From a virus (lineage: Duplodnaviria > Caudoviricetes), in IMG/VR virus record IMGVR_UViG_3300013121_000041, positions 46,966-110,965 of that record: a stretch of 64,000 nucleotides of DNA; one strand, 5' to 3'. A model generated the notes under the pieces. It searched no databases, was not told the origin of the DNA, and was given only the letters and a program-made list of their open reading frames with translations. Both the position numbers and the translations under genes were made by a program. Numbering within the stretch: the stretch's first letter is position 1; each line of letters starts with the position of its first letter. Positions 58,332-64,000 of the stretch are shown here, in pieces.

Positions 58332-59977
58332 TGGGACGGAAAAAACTCATCGTCGAAGGAACCTCTCTCGCCGACTACCAGTCGATGCTGGACTCCCACG
58401 ACTGGTATTACAATTATTCCGACGATCCGGGCGTGTGGAAACGTGGTTTTGACAGGCAACGGGAACTCGAACGCATTTCGAAGGAATCCCCCGAACACGA
58501 GAAGATGTGGAACGACAACAAACTCAAGGTGAACGAGGCCAATCGAACGACCGTTGAATTCGGTGAGTACGTCGGCGTCAACGAAGGCAGTCGCACGTAT
58601 TGGACGCTGGCCGTAAAGGAACTGGGTGGAAAATGGACGCCCCAATTCGGCGATTATGATCGCGCCGTCGTCCAACAGGAATTGGAAGACACCAAAGACG
58701 ACTGGTCTAAAGGATCGCAGTTCAAGATCATAAAGTCAGGTGGGGGACGGAAGGAAATCGACGCGGCAGTCGCGTCGATGAATGAGGGGACCATCAACGA
58801 AATGAAGATGTCTTCCGATGATTATGAATCGCTCAAGCGCGACATTTATACGATCGTCGACAAGACAGGTGCCAAACCCAAGAGCGTTGCTGATGTTTGG
58901 AAGTTGGCATGGATCGTGTGGCAAAACCGTCAGTATGACGACAACCATCCGGGGTTTCGTGACGGGCATTGGGAGCGTCTCCTTCCCTTTATAGATCGAA
59001 AAGCTGGTGTCAATAAGTTTTACGACGCTGGAATGAACGACGATCATATTGCCACTGCTATTCGGCGCATTTGGAAGACGTTCGAGGGTGCAAAGTTGAG
59101 GGAAAGTGAGACCATCATGAAAGTTGACGTCCTACGATCGCTCGTTGAGGGTGATGATCCGACGGCCTTCATTAAGGAAATCGATGGCCGTCTGACCGCC
59201 AAATTCGACCGCACGCTGGACGAGCGCCGCAAGGTCGTCGCCGGTCCGCTCGTCGGTGGAAATTCAAAATCATTGGCCGAGGCATTTTCAGATGATGACG
59301 TTCGTGAACTGATGTTGTTCGCCGACAACGACGGCGACCTCTACCGTCAGTCGTACACCCCGCTCATGCAGAACCTCATCAAAAAGAAAGAGAAGGGGGT
59401 CTATGAACCCGAGAAGGCCGTCACCCTCTGGAAGTATCACGCCGACCGGGCGGCGAAGAAGTACGTTAAGGACGTCGCCTATGGAAAGATGTCTCAGTTT
59501 TCGCCGGACACGAGACGGGAGGCAGCCCGTCGGTGGGAGGAACGGACGCGGGATTACAAGACCGTCGATGAAAGTGTCAAGCGAAACCCAGCGAGAGAGG
59601 CGTTGACGCGGGCCGTCAACAAATCGATCGCCGACGGAAACCCGGTTTTCGTTAACAACATCGAGTGGGGGTTCGATCTGACTTCCTTCACTCCGACCAA
59701 CTGGGAAAAATTCCTCTCACAGACTGGACTGAAGTATTACGGTCGAACGGCCGATGGAAATTTCGAGTGGCGGGCCGGTGATTCACTCAAGCTCGTTACT
59801 GGCAACAACCCGACTACCGGTGAGTATTGGAAGCCGAACCGTCGCGAGAATGAACCCGGTTACGCATCGTACATGGGGTTCACTGGAACCGACGACGCCG
59901 TTCGTGTGGCCGTGGAAGCCGTCAAAAAACTGGCCGATTACAAAGGTGAGTCGCCGAACAAAAGGGAATTCATCTAA
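58331..59977 (+). CDS. Putative internal head / prohead core protein (modular)
   Basis: Coupled to gp21; many [ILV]xE sites. Confidence 0.55.
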   Translation: MGRKKLIVEGTSLADYQSMLDSHDWYYNYSDDPGVWKRGFDRQRELERISKESPEHEKMWNDNKLKVNEANRTTVEFGEYVGVNEGSRTYWTLAVKELGGKWTPQFGDYDRAVVQQELEDTKDDWSKGSQFKIIKSGGGRKEIDAAVASMNEGTINEMKMSSDDYESLKRDIYTIVDKTGAKPKSVADVWKLAWIVWQNRQYDDNHPGFRDGHWERLLPFIDRKAGVNKFYDAGMNDDHIATAIRRIWKTFEGAKLRESETIMKVDVLRSLVEGDDPTAFIKEIDGRLTAKFDRTLDERRKVVAGPLVGGNSKSLAEAFSDDDVRELMLFADNDGDLYRQSYTPLMQNLIKKKEKGVYEPEKAVTLWKYHADRAAKKYVKDVAYGKMSQFSPDTRREAARRWEERTRDYKTVDESVKRNPAREALTRAVNKSIADGNPVFVNNIEWGFDLTSFTPTNWEKFLSQTGLKYYGRTADGNFEWRAGDSLKLVTGNNPTTGEYWKPNRRENEPGYASYMGFTGTDDAVRVAVEAVKKLADYKGESPNKREFI

Positions 59978-61683
59978 TGAAACTACTCAGGGAATTCGTT
60001 GAAAACACGGAGATCACTGCGGACAAGAGCCACCACATCAATGGCGTCTTCATGCAAGCCGAGATCGTCAATCGTAACGGTCGCATCTACCCGATGGCCG
60101 TGATGGAACGTGAGGTCGATAAGTATCGAACCAATTTCATCAATACTCGTCGGGCACTAGGCGAAGCCGAACACCCGCAATGTTGTCATCCCAAGACAAA
60201 GATTTTGACGATTGATGGGTGGAAGTTCATCAAAGACATCAATGATGATGAAATCGTCTTTACGCTCAACATGGAAACTGGCGTAGCTGAGAAAGAACGT
60301 ATTAAAAAGAAGATTGCCTCCCCGTACAAAGGGAAAATGATAAAACTGTCCAACGGGAGGGGCGGGTTTTACACGGTCGTCACTCCAAATCATCGGTTCG
60401 TTTTGCGCGATAGGCGCGGCAAATTGTCATTCATGACCGCCGCCGACATTCATTCCGGCGAATTCAAACTCAATCATCATTCGATACCGAAGACCTTCGG
60501 GAATGGACTCGTTGCCGAAAGTCCGAAAACTATCGAAGTCGGTGGATACACATGGTCGTTCGACGATTACGTATCGTTCATGGCCCTGTGGTTGGCGGAA
60601 GGGAGCGCAACCAGAAATTCGTCAAAACCGGGAACATATAAATTTCAAATATCACAGAATGAAGGCGATAAGGCCGACCGCATTCGTGAGTTGTTGGATC
60701 GTCTTCCGATTAAAATGAATGAAACTTCCAAAATACGAGAATATTCCGGGAAGGTGTGTGTTTTATGGCATAAGGGAAATTATGATCTCGGAACATATTT
60801 AGCGCAGTTTGGGAAGTCCCATGAAAAGTTCATCCCGGATGAAATCCTTCAAAATTTGGATGCGCGGACCGCCGATCTTTTCATTGAATGGTATCATCTG
60901 GGAGACGGTCGAGGTCCGTTCCGTGCTGAACCCGGTACTGCCAGAATGAAGACCGACGTTTTCACTGTGTCTGAACGTCTCGCTACTGATTTGTCATATG
61001 TAGCGACGTTGGCCGGATATTCGGTTCATCTGTCATACGAAGATCGTGACGAAGACTGTATCATTGAAAATCGCATCATCAAAGCCGCTAATCGGAGGAG
61101 AATATACTACGTTCTTCTTGGGCGGACGGCTGGAGTGTATCTCGACGACCGATGCTTTAAGACTGAGGAAATCGAGTATGACGACATGGTTTATTGTGTC
61201 GAGACCGAAAACGGTAACTTTATGGCCATGGATGAAACCGGATACACCTTCTGGTCTGGAAATTCACCAGCAGTCAACATTGACCGGGTCTCCCATCTCG
61301 TCACCGAACTGCGCCGCGACGGAAATAATTTCATCGGCAAGGCTAAAATCCTAGACACTCCGATGGGCAGGACCGTCAAGGCCCTCGTTGAGGGGGGAGT
61401 ATCCTTCGGCGTGTCGTCGCGCGGTCTCGGGACCATCCGCGAACAGGCCGGGGCGAAGATCGTCCAGAACGATTTCATGCTGGCGGCCATCGACATCGTG
61501 ATCTCCCCATCGGGACCGGACTGTTACGTCGAGGGTCTGATGGAAGAGGCCGAATGGGTCTGGGACGGGCGTGACTGGCGTCCGCTCGAAGAATCCCGCG
61601 ACCGCATCAGGAACGCCAAGCGGACCGAATTGGAGGCCGTCATGGCCGAGGAATTTGATCGGTTCCTGAAAAACCTACGCTGA
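59977..61683 (+). CDS. Prohead protease gp21 containing an intein (60181..61263)
   Basis: GVFMQAE..NRNGRIYP, GE.EHP | SP..N.DRVSH, GKAKILDTP.G, GVSSRG.G. Confidence 0.92.
   Translation: MKLLREFVENTEITADKSHHINGVFMQAEIVNRNGRIYPMAVMEREVDKYRTNFINTRRALGEAEHPQCCHPKTKILTIDGWKFIKDINDDEIVFTLNMETGVAEKERIKKKIASPYKGKMIKLSNGRGGFYTVVTPNHRFVLRDRRGKLSFMTAADIHSGEFKLNHHSIPKTFGNGLVAESPKTIEVGGYTWSFDDYVSFMALWLAEGSATRNSSKPGTYKFQISQNEGDKADRIRELLDRLPIKMNETSKIREYSGKVCVLWHKGNYDLGTYLAQFGKSHEKFIPDEILQNLDARTADLFIEWYHLGDGRGPFRAEPGTARMKTDVFTVSERLATDLSYVATLAGYSVHLSYEDRDEDCIIENRIIKAANRRRIYYVLLGRTAGVYLDDRCFKTEEIEYDDMVYCVETENGNFMAMDETGYTFWSGNSPAVNIDRVSHLVTELRRDGNNFIGKAKILDTPMGRTVKALVEGGVSFGVSSRGLGTIREQAGAKIVQNDFMLAAIDIVISPSGPDCYVEGLMEEAEWVWDGRDWRPLEESRDRIRNAKRTELEAVMAEEFDRFLKNLR
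60181..61263 (+). mobile_element. Intein with LAGLIDADG-type endonuclease domain (361 aa)
   Basis: C1 (CCHPKT), VTPNH block B, LWLAEGS and YHLGDG helices, VYCV.T..GNF block F, GN|S end. Confidence 0.9.
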
Positions 61684-61734
61684 CCGCCGAAAAACGGCAG
61701 TTTGATAAATAAAAATCAGAGGAGATACTGGCAA

Positions 61735-62811
61735 ATGCCGAAACTCGTGGAAGACATCAAGAAGCGCCTCATCAAGGAGGCCGACGATGAAACCAAAATT
61801 GCCGCCCCGTCGCCCGAAAAGGAAGATGAGGACGAAGCCAAGGACGAGGTCGTTCTGACCGCCGAGGCCGACGACAAGGAGGACGACTCCCTTCCGTTCG
61901 ACGACGAGAAGAAGGCCGAGGTCTCCGAATCGGACGACGCCGACGCCGACGATGCGAAGTCCGACAAAGAAGATGAAAAAGAAGACGACGAAAAGGTCGT
62001 CGCCGAGGAGACCGTCGAACCGACGATCGCCCCGCTGAAGGTCGAGGACTACAAGATTTCCGCCAAGGACGTTGACGTTACGGAAGACGTGGCGGCGATC
62101 CTGACCGGCGGAAAGAACCTGTCCGAGTCGTTCAAGAAGAAGGTTGCGACCGTCTACAAGAGCGCCGTCGTCGCCAAGATCAACGAGACGATCGAACGCC
62201 TCGCCGAAGACGCCAACAAGGCGATCGGTGAGGAGCGTGAGAAAATCTATGAGGGGATGGTCGACAAGATCGACCTCTACATGGATAAGGCCATGACCGA
62301 ATGGTACGAAGCGAACAAAGTGGAAGTCGAGGGTAAAATCCGACTCCAGATCGCCGAGTCCTTCATGGCCGGTCTCAAGACGCTCTTCGAACAGCATTAC
62401 ATCGACATGCCGAAAGGCAAGGAAGACATTTTCGAGTCGATGGTTCGCGAAAATTCGAAGCTCGAAGAGGCCGTGAATGCGGAGGCGGCGAAGAACGCCC
62501 GCCTGTTGCGCGAGATCAACGACATCAAGCGCGATGCCGTCATTCGGGAAAGCACCGACGGACTTTCCAAGAATCAGGCCGCCAAGCTGGCGACGCTGGC
62601 TGAATCGGTCGATTTCGTCGACGAACATTCCTTCAAGGAGAAGGTCGTGGAACTTCGCGAGGCTTATTTCGCGAAGCCCAAGCCGACGAAGGGAACCATT
62701 GAAAATGACGCGAAGGAACCAGTGACCTTGCAGGAAAAGGTCATCGATCGTCGCGAACGGTCCACAGTGGCCACCGTTGAAACAATCTCGAAATTCTTCG
62801 GCAAGAAGTGA
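61735..62811 (+). CDS. Prohead core scaffolding protein gp22
   Basis: LSESFK.K, ESFM.GLK.LF..HYI..P, KL..LAE.V; late promoter gataaata 61704. Confidence 0.88.
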   Translation: MPKLVEDIKKRLIKEADDETKIAAPSPEKEDEDEAKDEVVLTAEADDKEDDSLPFDDEKKAEVSESDDADADDAKSDKEDEKEDDEKVVAEETVEPTIAPLKVEDYKISAKDVDVTEDVAAILTGGKNLSESFKKKVATVYKSAVVAKINETIERLAEDANKAIGEEREKIYEGMVDKIDLYMDKAMTEWYEANKVEVEGKIRLQIAESFMAGLKTLFEQHYIDMPKGKEDIFESMVRENSKLEEAVNAEAAKNARLLREINDIKRDAVIRESTDGLSKNQAAKLATLAESVDFVDEHSFKEKVVELREAYFAKPKPTKGTIENDAKEPVTLQEKVIDRRERSTVATVETISKFFGKK

Positions 62812-62836
62812 TCGAGTAAACAGGAGACTAAAAACA

Positions 62837-64000
62837 ATGGAATACGAAGTTTCTCAACTTCTCGAAAAGTGGGCACCGGTCCTCGATCACGACGACCTGC
62901 CGAAGATCAAGGACCTCCACCGTCGTCAGACGCTGGCCGTCCTATTGGAAAACCAGTTGAAGTCGAACATGGAGACGGTCCGTCGTGATCCGACGAACTC
63001 GTTGACGTACCTCTTCGAAGCGGCTCCGGCCAACTCGATGGGCGCGTCGTCCTCGACGGCGTCTTCCGGTTCCGTGGACATCTACGACCCGGTCCTCATC
63101 TCGATGGTCCGCCGTTCGATGCCGAACCTATTGGCATATGACGTTTGCGGCGTCCAGCCGTTGACGATGCCGACCGGCCTCATCTTCGCTCTCCGCAGCC
63201 GTTACGGCTCGCAGACGAGCGCGGAAGCCCTGTTCAACGAGGCGAACACGTTCTTCTCGACGAACTCCAACACCGCTCAGGTCGCCAACGACCCGTCGCT
63301 CCTCATCTCGTCGGGCAACACCGCCTACACGCGGTCGACCGGCATGACGACGGCGGCGGCGGAAGCCCTCGGCGATACGTCCGGCAACCCGATCCACGAG
63401 ATGTCGATCTCGATCGAAAAGGTTTCCGTCACGGCGGTTTCGCGGGCGCTCAAGGCTGAGTACACCCACGAACTCGCGCAGGACATCAAGGCCGTTCACG
63501 GTCTCGATGCCGAAACCGAACTGGCCAACATCCTGTCGGCGGAAATTCTCGCGGAAATCAACCGTGAGGTCATCCGTTCGATCTACACCACGGCTACCGT
63601 CGGTGCACAGGAGAACGTCCAGAATGCCGGTACGTTCGACCTCGACGTCGACTCCAACGGCCGCTGGATGGTTGAAAAGTTCAAGGGCCTGATGTTCCAG
63701 ATCGAACGTGAGGCCAACGCGATTGCGAAGGCGACCCGTGCCGGTAAGGGCAACTTCATCATCACGTCGTCCGACGTTGCGTCGGCCTTCGCGATGGCCG
63801 GATACCTCGACTACAACTCCGCTCTGTCGGGCGAGAAGTTGAACGTCGATGACACGGGCAACACCTTCGCTGGCGTCCTGTTCGGTCGCTTCAAGGTGTA
63901 CGTCGATCCGTACTTCTCGTCTTCGGCCGGTGCACAGTACGTCGCCGTCGGCTACAAGGGTACGTCGCCGTTTGATGCGGGTATGTTCTACTGTCCATAC
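62837..64000 (+). CDS. Major capsid protein gp23 (runs off the window end)
   Basis: Manual translation: KWAPVL, LLENQ, DPVLISMVRRSMPNL.AYD.CGVQP...PTGLIFA, SRALKAEY, EINREV. Confidence 0.95.
   Translation, partial: MEYEVSQLLEKWAPVLDHDDLPKIKDLHRRQTLAVLLENQLKSNMETVRRDPTNSLTYLFEAAPANSMGASSSTASSGSVDIYDPVLISMVRRSMPNLLAYDVCGVQPLTMPTGLIFALRSRYGSQTSAEALFNEANTFFSTNSNTAQVANDPSLLISSGNTAYTRSTGMTTAAAEALGDTSGNPIHEMSISIEKVSVTAVSRALKAEYTHELAQDIKAVHGLDAETELANILSAEILAEINREVIRSIYTTATVGAQENVQNAGTFDLDVDSNGRWMVEKFKGLMFQIEREANAIAKATRAGKGNFIITSSDVASAFAMAGYLDYNSALSGEKLNVDDTGNTFAGVLFGRFKVYVDPYFSSSAGAQYVAVGYKGTSPFDAGMFYCPY

Noticed and set aside
1-64000. Genome-wide UGA or UAG reassignment as the explanation for the in-frame stop in the RF gene
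   Set aside because: Core genes end normally at TGA, TAG and TAA and are intact in code 11

Overview
64 kb segment of a T4-superfamily (Tevenvirinae-like) myophage genome, about 55% GC. An alphaproteobacterial host is plausible but is inference only. The window holds a class II ribonucleotide reductase, two glycosyltransferase clusters, ygiB/ygiC-like genes, the T4 replication, recombination and late-transcription core (gp3, uvsY, uvsW, gp55, gp47/46, gp45/44/62, regA, gp43, uvsX, gp41, gp33, gp59, gp32), gp16, gp15 and the start of the head module (gp21, gp22, gp23). The most unusual part is 32.7-39.5 kb. It has (i) a Ro60/TROVE gene preceded by two tandem Y-RNA-like hairpins under their own sigma70 promoter. 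It has (ii) a truncated NADAR gene, a ~110-nt structured RNA and an RF1-like release factor interrupted by an in-frame UGA. It has (iii) a DNA polymerase split into two genes by an HNH endonuclease, whose C-terminal subunit needs a +1 shift at AAGGTG-TTA-CTT-TAA-C, which has the layout of the prfB frameshift cassette. Also notable: a split intein in gp41 whose halves flank a J-domain gene rather than an endonuclease, an intein next to the catalytic His of the prohead protease, a duplicated gp62 around an inserted DNA methyltransferase, an array of coupled QV-repeat micro-ORFs, and modular internal-head polyproteins. All product calls come from motif recognition by eye, without database searches.
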